A DNA stretch of 56,577 bases, counting the filler, from Dimargaris cristalligena (taxonomy: Eukaryota), in assembly GCA_003614675.1 (NCBI GenBank). It is 2 parts of 2 records of this genome, joined end to end, with 100 filler letters (N's around TTAATTAATTAA, not from the genome) between each part and the next. Parts side by side here need not be neighbours in the genome. Positions count along the whole stretch, not along the records: positions 28,377 to 56,577 come from ML002503.1; 1 more part is not named here. One strand, 5' to 3'. Of the stretch, positions 56,129 to 56,577 are shown piece by piece; within the stretch, counting starts at the first letter, position 1, and each line of letters starts with the position of its first letter. The translations under genes were made by a program, and so were the position numbers. The notes under the pieces were generated by a model. The model was not told the DNA's origin. It worked only from the letters and a program-made list of their open reading frames with translations, and did no database searches.

Positions 56129-56577
56129 AGCAATAAGAGCTCCCGGTGAAATATTAAATAAAAGTATTGAAGAAAAATGGGGGCGATGTAATAATTAAAA
56201 TGAATAGGAATAAGGCTAAAGCCAAACGTAGGTGGACGGGAGCAGTGGATATCTGATTCCCAAAAGGCATATATATATATATATACGCATGAATGGCCAC
56301 GGCCCAAGGGCAAATGGATATACAATCGCTCCATTTTAAACAGCGCCTAGGGGGCCGCCATTTCACTCTTTTTTCAAGCGGAGTAGATAGTACAAGTGCT
56401 ATTATCGTTAATAGATGCCGTCGACGTTGTGACGTTTTACGACCCTTGTCTAACGCACATAATATTACTAATGTGTCCCTTCGCGTCTCCTTAATTATCA
56501 TTCGGCAGTTCGAGTCATCGCTGCTTTGCATTACTCCGGGTTACCCCAGCCCGACCACAACACGCCATAATTGTAAG

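Noticed and set aside
1..56577. CRISPR arrays, rRNA, tRNA, or intact transposase/reverse transcriptase genes
   Set aside because: None seen. The window is intron-containing eukaryotic DNA without regularly spaced repeats or recognisable RT/DDE motifs.

Overview
Gene-dense eukaryotic (fungal) DNA with GT-AG spliceosomal introns and one assembly gap (28276-28376). By inference from gene content and protein style only, it is most likely an early-diverging fungus (Zoopagomycota, Dimargaris-like). About 14 conserved genes were reconstructed exon by exon: RIC1 (partial), SNU23, TRZ1, SED5, a mitochondrial PPR protein, cactin, an EI24-like protein, an MCFD2-like protein, LACTB2, a Tim17-like protein, MAU2/SCC4, CenH3, PRE4, a tetraspanin and mitochondrial IF2. 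The accessory content is the most interesting part. A ~3.4 kb block is duplicated in inverted orientation around SNU23-TRZ1 (about 4140-7664 and 13382-16700). Each arm carries a damaged gene for a signal-peptide + F-box protein, a candidate secreted effector that could co-opt a host SCF ligase. There are five copies of a ~136-148 bp MITE-like element with a 4-bp ATAT target-site duplication, and one filled/empty site pair is visible between the two paralogous introns. Also present: a near-identical 240 bp tract between otherwise diverged arms, a probable GTG-initiated mitochondrial isoform of tRNase Z, a ~900 bp CpG-free relic next to the gap, and a further frameshifted secreted-protein gene at the right end. 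Family names come from recognising motifs by eye; no database search was run.
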